DNA of 51,623 bases, taken from contig DATDWU010000046.1 in assembly GCA_035289525.1 (NCBI GenBank), positions 1 to 51,623 of the forward strand, written 5' to 3'. A model generated the notes under the pieces. That model did not search any database, was not told where the DNA came from, and saw only the letters and a program-made list of their open reading frames with translations. This document shows, in pieces, positions 28,844-37,794 of the stretch. Within the stretch, counting starts at the first letter, position 1, and every line of letters begins with the position of its first letter. The position numbers and the translations under genes were made by a program. This DNA is from Patescibacteria group bacterium. Its GTDB lineage: Bacteria > Patescibacteriota > Microgenomatia > Daviesbacterales > UBA10151.

Positions 28844-30199
28844 ATGTTGCCTTCGTTTGTTAATCCCGAAATAATTCCTCATAAACCCGGAATTTATATC
28901 TACAAAGATAAAAGCGGGAAAGTGATTTATGTGGGGAAAGCGGTTGATTTATTCAGCCGGGTTTCTTCGTATTTTAATAACACCTGGAAGGATGTTAAAA
29001 CTGCCAAACTGGTGGAGAATATTGCCGCGGCTGAAACAATTATTGTTGAATCGGAAATTGAAGCCTTAATACTTGAGGCGAATTTAATTAAAAAATTCAT
29101 GCCTCTCTATAACATCCGCCTGACAGATGATAAGGACTATTTGTATGTGGTGATTACAGATGAGGAATTTCCGAAAGTTTTAACAGCCCGTAAAAAAGAT
29201 CTGATCAAAGTTAAAAAATGGTTTGGGCCTTATCCCTCGGCAACAACCGTCAAAGAAACGCTAAAGAAATTAAGAAGGGTTTTTCCCTGGTGCAGTGGGA
29301 TGGGGTATGAATCAAGAATCAAGAATCAAGGGAAACGCAAAGCTTGTTTCTATTACCATTTGGGACAGTGTCCGGGTGCATGTGTTGGAACTATTTCCAA
29401 AGAGGAATATAACAAAATTATCAGAAGATTCTCTAAGTTTTTAGATGGTAAGAAACAAGAATTGATTGAAGAATTAAATAATGAGATGGAGCTTTATTCT
29501 AAAGATTTGGAGTTTGAGGAAGCTGCAAAAGTTAAAAAGATAATTGAGGGAATAAATTACATTACAGCTCCAACGAAAATTACTAATTATTTAGTTAATC
29601 CAAACTTCCTTGAGGATTTAAACCAAAATTCCCTGGAAGAGTTACAAAAAGCTTTAAATTTGCCGGAACTTCCGGTCCGGATCGAAGCGTATGATATTTC
29701 CAATTTGTCCGGCAAAGAAGCAACCGGCTCGATGGTTGTTTTAACAAATGGTGAAATAGATAAATCTCAATATCGAAGATTCAAAATTAAGATCACAGGT
29801 AAACCAAATGATTATGCAATGCATGCGGAAATGATGGGACGGAGATTAAAACATCCGGAATGGGGAATTCCAAACTTGATATTGATTGATGGAGGGAGGG
29901 GACAGGTGACAGCTGTTAAAGCTGTCACCCTGAGCGCAGCGAAGGATCTCTTGCGAATGCAAGATTCATCAGGTAAGTCCACAGATTCTTCGCCTTCGGC
30001 TCTGAATGACATAAATAGAATTCCAATTTATGGACTGGCAAAAAGGGAAGAGTGGCTTTATCCGCCGGAAGGGGAGGTTATAAAACTCTCAAAAAGAAAT
30101 TTGGGGTTAAGGCTTCTCCAAAAAATCCGCAACGAATCCCACCGTTTTGCAATCACTTATCATAAAAAACTGCGCTCTAAAGCTTTTCTGACTAAATGA
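28844..30199 (+). CDS. uvrC: excinuclease ABC subunit C, short form lacking the C-terminal (HhH)2 domain
   Basis: GIY-YIG (PGIYIYKD..VIYVGKA), UVR motif, endonuclease domain (EAYDISN), ending just after HRFAITYHKKLRSK. Confidence 0.85.
   Translation: MLPSFVNPEIIPHKPGIYIYKDKSGKVIYVGKAVDLFSRVSSYFNNTWKDVKTAKLVENIAAAETIIVESEIEALILEANLIKKFMPLYNIRLTDDKDYLYVVITDEEFPKVLTARKKDLIKVKKWFGPYPSATTVKETLKKLRRVFPWCSGMGYESRIKNQGKRKACFYYHLGQCPGACVGTISKEEYNKIIRRFSKFLDGKKQELIEELNNEMELYSKDLEFEEAAKVKKIIEGINYITAPTKITNYLVNPNFLEDLNQNSLEELQKALNLPELPVRIEAYDISNLSGKEATGSMVVLTNGEIDKSQYRRFKIKITGKPNDYAMHAEMMGRRLKHPEWGIPNLILIDGGRGQVTAVKAVTLSAAKDLLRMQDSSGKSTDSSPSALNDINRIPIYGLAKREEWLYPPEGEVIKLSKRNLGLRLLQKIRNESHRFAITYHKKLRSKAFLTK
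29924..30010. repeat. 87-bp MITE-like palindromic element inserted in frame in uvrC
   Basis: GTCACCCTGAGCGCAGCGAAGGATCTC ... AGATTCTTCGCCTTCGGCTCTGAATGAC. The arms are about three-quarters complementary. It is translated as VTLSAAKDLLRMQDSSGKSTDSSPSALND. Confidence 0.65.
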
Positions 30200-30358
30200 A
30201 GTTCCACGCCCCGCTTCGCGTGACATGGTATCTTCTCATACTTCGCTTCACGAAAGTGAAAGAAGCATTCATCTACGGCTCAAAAATGTGCCGTGGTTTT
30301 CTGCTTCATATGATAAATCTTGTAAATTACCTCTAAATATTTATAATTACCCCATAAT

Positions 30359-31174
30359 ATGGATAGAAGAGTTGATCAATTAAGACCGAATCCTTTTGAT
30401 GAGTTAAGATTTCGGTCTTCGGTAAAACCTCCTGTGTTCCACCCTGCTTCAAGAGCACAAGAGAGAAGAGTAGAGAATATTGTAAGTCCCATGGATGGTT
30501 TAAGAGATATCCCAGGATTTGATCAAGGTGCACAAAAGATTATTCTTCTTTATGCACTTGCAGCGGGTAAGGTTGAATATGACAGAGTGCAAGCCCTAAG
30601 TGAGACTACCGCGGCAAACCAGGTTGATGAAGTTTTTGCAGATATTCAGGGAAGAATTGCAATAGAGCCCATATCTGTAGCAGAGAGGCAGAGAAAGATA
30701 GGGAGGATTCATCGAGCTAGAATCAGCGTAAGGACGCATGTAGATTATGCTAGAGATTGGGCGAGGAGAGATGCTAGAGATGAGAGACATTTAGGTGTTA
30801 TGGCTGAAGAACAAGCGATACATGACCATTATCCTACGAATCATCATTCGTGGAATGTCCTTACAATAGAAGGAGGTTTGGTAGGCTTTGTTTTTTCAGA
30901 ATTTAAGCTTGGAAGAACAAACTCTTATGAGGAATTTAAAGGGTTAAAAAAATCAAAATTTGCATTTACTAATCATCCTAATTTGAGTGATTGTGGATGG
31001 TATTCGCTTATACCAACAAAACTCGAAGGAGTTTATTTTACACTATATGTTGATACAAGAGGGGGTAAAGGAAGAGAGGAGTTATCGGCAGAAATGGTTT
31101 ATGGGAGTACGCAAATGAAGGAAAACTATAGATGGTTTGACACCACAAAACCACCAACAACGCCTCCATTTTAG
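30359..31174 (+). CDS. hypothetical protein (Arg-rich orphan)
   Basis: 271-aa ORF. TTGTAA, 16 nt, TATAAT lies 11 nt upstream. No family recognised. Confidence 0.5.
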   Translation: MDRRVDQLRPNPFDELRFRSSVKPPVFHPASRAQERRVENIVSPMDGLRDIPGFDQGAQKIILLYALAAGKVEYDRVQALSETTAANQVDEVFADIQGRIAIEPISVAERQRKIGRIHRARISVRTHVDYARDWARRDARDERHLGVMAEEQAIHDHYPTNHHSWNVLTIEGGLVGFVFSEFKLGRTNSYEEFKGLKKSKFAFTNHPNLSDCGWYSLIPTKLEGVYFTLYVDTRGGKGREELSAEMVYGSTQMKENYRWFDTTKPPTTPPF

Positions 31175-31187
31175 ATATAATTAGGTA

Positions 31188-31841
31188 GTGAATAAAGAAA
31201 AACTTGACCAATTTACTTTAGATATCGAATTCCTATTAATTTCTGCGGTGCAAGGTGTGGCTTTGGGAGCTTTGGCTGGTGCAGCTTCAGAACCCTTATC
31301 AAATTTAGATTTTCAATATTGGCCGTATATTTTGAGCGGGTTTTTGTTGATTTTGACTTTCTGGTCTCAGGCTATAATTCACTCCCTCTCGTTTATTAAA
31401 TGGCCGCTGGATCTGGCTCATAATTTCCTGTATTTTTTAATGGGACTCGTGGAATTTTTGGCTTTCAGCCAATTACAGGATCCGTTAAGATGGTTTGTTT
31501 TTCAGTTGGCTTTTGTGATTGTTGCCTCGGTTCTATATTTTGTTGATTTAAAGTTAATCAAAGCCGGAAAGGATCATTTTGATGATACCCCGGCTCAAAA
31601 AGCCTTGTACAAACATATTTGGGATGAACAGGTGGCAGAGATGAAAACTCTAATTCCTTCAGGACTGATATTTAATAGTGCTGCGGTATTTCTGATTTGG
31701 AAGTTTCCGGATTTATTTATAACCCGCGGTTATCACTTAGGGATTGTCGGTATTCAGGTTCTGCTGACGATTTATATTATTGCGGTTTCTATAAAAAGTT
31801 TTAAAACCCGGTCTAAATTAATTTCTGGTTGCTTTAAGTAA
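31188..31841 (+). CDS. membrane protein, unknown function
   Basis: 217-aa ORF with about 6 TM helices. GTG start 6 nt after TATAAT. Confidence 0.5.
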   Translation: MNKEKLDQFTLDIEFLLISAVQGVALGALAGAASEPLSNLDFQYWPYILSGFLLILTFWSQAIIHSLSFIKWPLDLAHNFLYFLMGLVEFLAFSQLQDPLRWFVFQLAFVIVASVLYFVDLKLIKAGKDHFDDTPAQKALYKHIWDEQVAEMKTLIPSGLIFNSAAVFLIWKFPDLFITRGYHLGIVGIQVLLTIYIIAVSIKSFKTRSKLISGCFK

Positions 31842-31930
31842 TTTAGCCTTGCAATCCGGGATTGGAGACACTGGAGAGTAAATCCCTGTGGTACTTGTGG
31901 TACATTTGATACCCGTGATACCCTTTAAAT

Positions 31931-32338
31931 ATGATTAAAGCTGTCCTGCGTGATTATCTGCTTAATTTTGCGATACTTTGGGCTGTGACTGCAATTTTTC
32001 CCGGATTGAGTTATGAAGGTGGGTTGCGGACACTGGCTATAGGGGCTGTCGGTTTAATGGCGATGAATCTGATTGTCATTCCAATTTTAAAGGTGGTTTT
32101 CCTTCCTTTAAATATTTTAACCTTAGGGATTTTTACCTGGGTCATTAATGTCATTGCCCTTTACTTATTGACGACCGTCATCCCTCAATTTAAATTGGTG
32201 CCCTACTTTTTTCCCGGCGGAAATTTCCTGGGGATGAACTTGCCGGCCCAAAGTCTGACTGTCTTATGGGTAGCAATTATTGCTTCGTTTATGATAGGAT
32301 TTGCAAGCCGTTTTTTCCATTGGCTGACATCAAAGTAG
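31931..32338 (+). CDS. four-TM YvlD / phage-holin-family-4-like membrane protein
   Basis: Size, four helices, and the N-terminal LLNFAILW...FPG pattern. Confidence 0.5.
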   Translation: MIKAVLRDYLLNFAILWAVTAIFPGLSYEGGLRTLAIGAVGLMAMNLIVIPILKVVFLPLNILTLGIFTWVINVIALYLLTTVIPQFKLVPYFFPGGNFLGMNLPAQSLTVLWVAIIASFMIGFASRFFHWLTSK

Positions 32339-32374
32339 GTTATAGGTGTCAGGTTGTAGGTTATAGTAAAAAAC

Positions 32375-32593
32375 ATGAATAATTTTTTCTTAATTTTCGA
32401 AATAATTTTGGGGGTTATCCTTGTCGGGCTGATAGTGCTTCAGTCAAAGGGGACCGGTTTGGGTTCGACTTTTGGCGGTGACATGGGTTTTTATGGAACA
32501 AAGCGCGGAGCGGAAAAAATGCTGTTTATTCTCACTATTATAATTGCAGCACTTTTTTTGCTTACCTCTTTAGTCGGGACGCTCTTAAAGTAG
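32375..32593 (+). CDS. secG: preprotein translocase subunit SecG
   Basis: 72 aa, two TM helices, LQSKGTGLGSTFGG motif. Confidence 0.7.
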   Translation: MNNFFLIFEIILGVILVGLIVLQSKGTGLGSTFGGDMGFYGTKRGAEKMLFILTIIIAALFLLTSLVGTLLK

Positions 32594-32597
32594 CCCT

Positions 32598-33980
32598 ATG
32601 TCTTTCTGGATTAATTTTATCCTGACCTTTTTTAAACGTAAGAAGTGGTTAAGCTTAGGCGTACTTTTGGCTGTCAGCATTCTCGCTCTCTCCGGTTATT
32701 TTTATCTCAAGATGGATAAACAGGTTAAAGTTAAAGAGGGAATAGTCGGAACTCACGAAGAGAGGGATCTACCCGAAACAGTTTTGAATTTGATCTCAAA
32801 GCCTCTCATTAAAATTGATAAATCCGGTAATCCCGTACCCGAGTTAATCCAGAGTTGGGAAATTAGTAATGAGGGTAAAGTCTACAGGTTAAAACTTAAG
32901 CCGGACCTGAGTTGGAGTGACGGCAGAAAAGTTAAGGCATCTGAAATTTATATCTCGATTGCCGATGTGGAAATAACTGCGCCCGATGATCAGACTCTGG
33001 AATTTAAGCTGGCCGAGGCTTTCAGTCCTTTTCCGACTCTTCTGAATAAGCCGATTTTAAGAAAGGCTCCGGTTGAGTTCGGGTTTGAGCTGGTTGGGGT
33101 CGGTCCTTATAAAGTTTTGAACAAAAAAAAGGATGGACCCTTTGTTAAAAAAATCGATTTTGATATCGCCGATAAAAGTTTTCCCCGGGTTTCGGTTACT
33201 TTTTTCCCTAATGAAAAGATTGCCAAGACTGCATTAAAGCTTGGGGAAGTCCAGTCGCTTTTGGGGGTTATTGAGCCGGATGATTTGAATTTTAACAATC
33301 TGGCAAAAAAAGAATTGACAAACTTTAACCAGCTGGTGACAATTTTTTTAAACACCGAAGATCCGCTTCTCTCCGATGAGAACTTGCGGCTGAGTTTAGC
33401 CTACAGTGCGCCCGAATTTGCTAATGCCGAAATAGCCAGGACTTCACTTTCGCCTCATTCCTGGGCGTTCAATCCTAATGTTAAAGACTATCTAAATAAT
33501 AAGACTAAGGCTTTGGAGTCACTAAAAAAAGTTGAAAAGGGCAAGGATGAAACAATTACTTTGACTGTGACCAGTTCTTTAAAGGATACCGGGGAAAAAG
33601 TAGTTGAGGCCTGGAATAATCTGGGTTTAAAAACGGTTTTAAGGGTAGAGTCGGGTACCCCCCAGAATTTCCAGGCACTTTTGATTACCCAAAATATCCC
33701 GGCCGACCCCGATCAATATTCTCTCTGGCATTCAACTCAAAAAGATAAGACAAATATCTCAAAGATAGCTTCGCCGAGGATTGACAAAGACCTCGAGGAC
33801 GGCAGAAAAAATGCCGATCCGGAAGTCAGAAAACAAAAATACCAGGATTTCCAAAAAATCCTTTTAGACCAAGCCCCGGCCATTTTTTTGTATTTCCCGA
33901 AGTATGAAGTGGTTTATATGAAAAAAATCGGGGTAGATCTGGATAAAGTTTTACCAATCCAACTTGTTAATTTAAATTAA
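32598..33980 (+). CDS. ABC-type substrate-binding protein, family 5-like, membrane anchored
   Basis: N-terminal anchor, then LKPDLSWSDGRKVKASE and overall peptide/nickel SBP-like features. No adjacent permease genes. Confidence 0.6.
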   Translation: MSFWINFILTFFKRKKWLSLGVLLAVSILALSGYFYLKMDKQVKVKEGIVGTHEERDLPETVLNLISKPLIKIDKSGNPVPELIQSWEISNEGKVYRLKLKPDLSWSDGRKVKASEIYISIADVEITAPDDQTLEFKLAEAFSPFPTLLNKPILRKAPVEFGFELVGVGPYKVLNKKKDGPFVKKIDFDIADKSFPRVSVTFFPNEKIAKTALKLGEVQSLLGVIEPDDLNFNNLAKKELTNFNQLVTIFLNTEDPLLSDENLRLSLAYSAPEFANAEIARTSLSPHSWAFNPNVKDYLNNKTKALESLKKVEKGKDETITLTVTSSLKDTGEKVVEAWNNLGLKTVLRVESGTPQNFQALLITQNIPADPDQYSLWHSTQKDKTNISKIASPRIDKDLEDGRKNADPEVRKQKYQDFQKILLDQAPAIFLYFPKYEVVYMKKIGVDLDKVLPIQLVNLN

Positions 33981-34041
33981 GTCTCATCTAGTACACTATC
34001 TTGACATTAAATCATCACCAGAGTAAAAGTAATTATTAATT

Positions 34042-34284
34042 ATGGCAAGTTCTGAGAGAGTGACCAGGGACTATGAACAAGCTAGGGTTCAACTAAAATC
34101 AGCACTGATTTCAGCTGGGAATGCAATTGGTGGGATGAGCGTTCCAAGAATAAATAGGCGAAATGAGATGGTTCTTCGTCCTGCTGATCCAATGAAAGAT
34201 CACCAAGAAGAGGGATTGGTGCCTACTATTAATAGAGCGGATTCGCCATATACGGAGCTATTCGGTCAAGACCTAAAAATCTAA
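34042..34284 (+). CDS. small hypothetical protein (Arg-rich)
   Basis: 80-aa ORF preceded by TTGACA (34001-34006). Weak -10 and no SD. Its 3' end overlaps the convergent cysS-like gene by 12 nt. Confidence 0.35.
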   Translation: MASSERVTRDYEQARVQLKSALISAGNAIGGMSVPRINRRNEMVLRPADPMKDHQEEGLVPTINRADSPYTELFGQDLKI

Positions 34285-35430
34285 AAACCTAAAGCCTAAA
34301 AGTTCAAAGCCGGCTTTGGTCTTTGAGGGGTTTTTAGCAGATTCATCAATTAATCTTTTTAAAGCAAATCCGGTATTAAAATCCTCTTCTAAGCCCGATA
34401 GTAATCTATCCTCTGTCTGAAGTTTAGCTTCCCACCTCTCAGGTGTGTGCCTGAAATTTGTTTCTAATTTATCAATAATTTCCTGGGCTTTTTTCATTTG
34501 CTCTTCAGTGTATTCCCAGGGTTTGCGGTAATGGTTGAGTAAAAGCATTAATCGGATTGCGTTGGGGGAATATTTTTTAAGCAAATCGTATACCAAAACT
34601 AAATTACCTAATGACTTGCTCATTTTTTCGCCCTGGTAGGAAACCATGGCAATGTGCATCCAATTTTTTACAAAAGGCTTTTTACCTGAGTACGCCTCAG
34701 ATTGGGCCAGTTCCGATTCATGGTGCGGATAAATTAAATCCATTCCTCCTCCGTGGATATCAATTTGCTCGCCCAAAGTTCTTTTAATCATGGCCGAGCA
34801 TTCAATATGCCAGCCGGGCCTGCCTTTAGAAAATGGGCTATCCCAGAAAGGCTCATCTTCTTTTGACTTTTGCCACAGCAAAAAGTCCAGCGGGGCTTTT
34901 TTATTCGGGTCATCAGGATTACCACCGCGCTCTTTTAAAAGTTGGGTCATTTGATCTTGAGAAAATTTTGAGAGCTTGCCATAGTCTGGAAATTTACTAA
35001 CTTCAAAATATACGTTGCCATTTACCTCATATGCAAAACCTTTTTTTATTAGAGTTGAAACCATTTCAATAATTTCACTCATAGCCTCTGTAGCTTTGAT
35101 GTAGTGATCGGGCATTTTTACATTCAAGGATTTAAGATCATTAAGGAACTTGCCGGTCCAGAAATTACCCAATTCCTGCCAATTTTTGCCGTCCCTTTTT
35201 GCCCGTTTTAGAATATCATCATCAATATCCGTGACGTTTTGGGTATAAGTAACCTTATAACCCTTAAACTCTAAAAACTGCTTCAGGGCGTCAAAAGTCA
35301 CATAAACAAAGGCATGGCCTAAGTGAGTTGTGTCATAAGGGGTGATGCCGCAAACATACATTTTTACGTTAGACGAATCGATGGGCTGAAAGTTTTCTAC
35401 TTGTCTTGAATACGAATTGTAAAGTTTCAT
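34273..35430 (-). CDS. cysS: class I cysteine ligase: short cysteinyl-tRNA synthetase-like protein with MshC-like architecture
   Basis: HLGH and KMSKS motifs and GRPGWHIECSAM zinc site. 385 aa, ending about 35 residues after the DFNT helix. Contains an ERGGNPDDPNKKAPLDFLLW segment. Confidence 0.85.
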   Translation of the reverse strand: MKLYNSYSRQVENFQPIDSSNVKMYVCGITPYDTTHLGHAFVYVTFDALKQFLEFKGYKVTYTQNVTDIDDDILKRAKRDGKNWQELGNFWTGKFLNDLKSLNVKMPDHYIKATEAMSEIIEMVSTLIKKGFAYEVNGNVYFEVSKFPDYGKLSKFSQDQMTQLLKERGGNPDDPNKKAPLDFLLWQKSKEDEPFWDSPFSKGRPGWHIECSAMIKRTLGEQIDIHGGGMDLIYPHHESELAQSEAYSGKKPFVKNWMHIAMVSYQGEKMSKSLGNLVLVYDLLKKYSPNAIRLMLLLNHYRKPWEYTEEQMKKAQEIIDKLETNFRHTPERWEAKLQTEDRLLSGLEEDFNTGFALKRLIDESAKNPSKTKAGFELLGFRFLDF

Positions 35431-35568
35431 GGTTAAAAATTTCTAATTTTTAAGTACTAATTTCTAATCAATTTCTAATGACTAAATTCTAATTGGGATT
35501 TGGGAATTCTTTAGGTTAATTAGAGCAATTAGGTCAATTAGAAATTAATAAATAGTATAATACCATCA
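35431..35568. repeat. intergenic inverted array of short words (TTCTAAT / ATTAGAA)
   Basis: Four TTCTAAT-type words on the left and four (C)AATTAG-type words on the right, between divergent genes. Confidence 0.55.
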
Positions 35569-36273
35569 ATGAAAGCCTTATTTATCTTTGCTCATCCTGA
35601 TGACGAAACTTTCGGTACCGGTGGCACTATTGCCAAATTAGCCAAAGCGGGTGTTGAGGTTCATGTCATAACTGCCACTACCGGCCAGGCAGGCCAGACC
35701 GGAGAGTATGGGGATATTACACCTGAGGAATTAGGAGAGAAGCGTAAGATAGAACAGGCTGAAGCCGCCGGGATTTTAGGAATTAGTAAAACTTCTTATT
35801 TAGGATTAATGGATGGGCAATTAATAAATCATTCTGTTGAGGAACTTGCAGAAAAACTATTGCCTTTCATAAAGGATGAAAATCCGGACATTGTCATTAC
35901 CTTTGAAAAAAACGGTGCCTCCAACCACCCGGACCATAAGCAAATTTCCCTGGCTGCAACCGAAGCTTTCAGGTATTGGATGAAAACTGCAAGCAAGCAC
36001 GTCAGGCTTTATCATATAGGTGTGCCGCAGAGCTATTTAAAGGAATATGAAAAAGCCGGATTAACGATGAAAGCCTTCGGTACTCCCCAGGGGACTCCTG
36101 ATCAAGATTTTACGACGATCGTCGATACTACCGACACTTTTGAAATAAAAGACAAGGCCGCACGGTGTCATAAATCCCAGGCAAGTGACTGGGAAAGGTT
36201 CGGTAAAAGAATGGGGATAGTTGATTTAAAAAAGGAATATTTTGAATTAATCGCTGAGAATAGAATAGTTTAG
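35569..36273 (+). CDS. LmbE/PIG-L family N-acetylglucosaminyl deacetylase (MshB/BshB-like)
   Basis: FAHPDDETFGTGG and HPDH metal-binding motifs. Confidence 0.85.
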   Translation: MKALFIFAHPDDETFGTGGTIAKLAKAGVEVHVITATTGQAGQTGEYGDITPEELGEKRKIEQAEAAGILGISKTSYLGLMDGQLINHSVEELAEKLLPFIKDENPDIVITFEKNGASNHPDHKQISLAATEAFRYWMKTASKHVRLYHIGVPQSYLKEYEKAGLTMKAFGTPQGTPDQDFTTIVDTTDTFEIKDKAARCHKSQASDWERFGKRMGIVDLKKEYFELIAENRIV

Positions 36274-36368
36274 AGACTGAGGTAACTAATGCAACTAATG
36301 TGACTAAGGCCAAAGCTTAATATCATTCGTCTCCTCAGTTACCTTAGTCACCTTCGTCACTTTTTAGA
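36274..36368. repeat. inverted arrays of 9-nt words (GTNACTAAG type) downstream of a surface-protein gene
   Basis: GGTAACTAA TGCAACTAA TGTGACTAA gg ... tCAGTTACC TTAGTCACC TTCGTCAC. A sibling copy lies at 37795-37897. Confidence 0.6.
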
Positions 36369-37787
36369 TCATGGGCATTTAATTGTGTATGCGCCTGAAT
36401 AAGGAGAATATTGGGCCGGGGTGGGGTTGGTGACACTTGAGACCGCATATTGGGCGTAGTAGACAACGCTGTCCTTGATACCGGAAACATTGATTGTTTG
36501 ATTTGTTGTGGATTGGGCGGCCTGGTTAACATTGGCAATATCATTGCCGCCGGTGGCTGATCCCAACTGCATGGAATAGTATTGAGCGCCTGTCACCGAC
36601 GAGAAATTGAGTGTTCCGTTCCAGACATTGTTATTTTTTGTGCCGCAGGTTATAGAGACGGAGCCTGTCGGCGCTCCCATTGAGATGCCGGTATTGATAG
36701 TAAACAGCTGGTTTGAGGCCGGCGCGGCTACCGTATAAGTTTGGGAATCGGCATAATCGATATTTTGGCCGTTGGTTTGGCCTTTTAAAACCGCGACCAT
36801 GTTGTAGGTAGTGCCCGTAGCAGCTCCGTTCCAGGTCCAGGTGGTGCCATTAGTTGGTGAAATTCCGTTGACTACTGTTTGGTAATTGGTCTGGCCCTGG
36901 GGTGCGGCTAAGATAACGATCGAAGAACCGCCGGGTGCCGAGCCGTTAAAATTGATTGTTCCTGAAATTGCCGAGTTGCCTGCCGGTAGCGGAGACTCGG
37001 TGGTTTGGCCCGCCGCAGGGGCTACGGTATTATTTTGAATTAAAGTAACTGCTCCGGCCGGCGGCTGAGCAGTAGAATTAATGGTCATTTCGGCATTATC
37101 TGATGGGGCCGATAAAACTACTGATTTTGAAGAACCAACTACCGTTCCGTTTTTATCAAATAACTGACCTTTAATTTCATATTTTGTTCCGGATTGGGCT
37201 TTTGAATAAGTAATTGTCCTTTTTACTAAAGCCGGTAAATTATCAACTACTTCACTAAAGTTGCCGGTACTTCCATAAACCCTGCCCAAAACGTCAAAAG
37301 TTGCACCCTGGGGAATATAACCGTTGATATAAACGGTGCCGGAGATTGTTGCCGGAACCAATGCCGGATCTTCCATAGGAACCTCAATATCCAGCGTCAA
37401 AATCTCATCGGTAGCCGGAGCGGTTACAGTCAGGGACTCTGAGGTCGTGAGCCTTTGTCCGCTTGAATCAAGGTAGGCTTGAAATTCGTAAGAACTGCCT
37501 GTTAACGCCCCGATATATTTCCAGGCAGTTTCATCAGCTGCCGGCAATGAAACGAATATTTTATAAACGTCTGATGACCCGTGATCCCTGACACCGACAC
37601 TAATCGAGGATTCCCGGGGTATCGGGCCGTTAAGCTTTACTACTCCCGAAACCGGAGCCTGTTTTTGTTCTGCTGAATTCGAGAAAGGAGTATTGGGTTT
37701 AATAAAGCGCGAAGTGATAAAACCGACATCAAAAAAAATTAAGCCGAAGATTATTATGACAATAGCTGCAACAACAATTTTGAGCAT
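36369..37787 (-). CDS. membrane-anchored surface protein with repeated beta-sandwich-like modules (paralog 1)
   Basis: N-terminal TM helix and three (V/I)SG(T/V)x(3)NG modules. The conserved C-terminal domain ends IKCP. Start trimmed to 37787, because the upstream codons translate the 9-mer repeat. Confidence 0.7.
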   Translation of the reverse strand: MLKIVVAAIVIIIFGLIFFDVGFITSRFIKPNTPFSNSAEQKQAPVSGVVKLNGPIPRESSISVGVRDHGSSDVYKIFVSLPAADETAWKYIGALTGSSYEFQAYLDSSGQRLTTSESLTVTAPATDEILTLDIEVPMEDPALVPATISGTVYINGYIPQGATFDVLGRVYGSTGNFSEVVDNLPALVKRTITYSKAQSGTKYEIKGQLFDKNGTVVGSSKSVVLSAPSDNAEMTINSTAQPPAGAVTLIQNNTVAPAAGQTTESPLPAGNSAISGTINFNGSAPGGSSIVILAAPQGQTNYQTVVNGISPTNGTTWTWNGAATGTTYNMVAVLKGQTNGQNIDYADSQTYTVAAPASNQLFTINTGISMGAPTGSVSITCGTKNNNVWNGTLNFSSVTGAQYYSMQLGSATGGNDIANVNQAAQSTTNQTINVSGIKDSVVYYAQYAVSSVTNPTPAQYSPYSGAYTIKCP

Positions 37788-37794
37788 TGATTTT

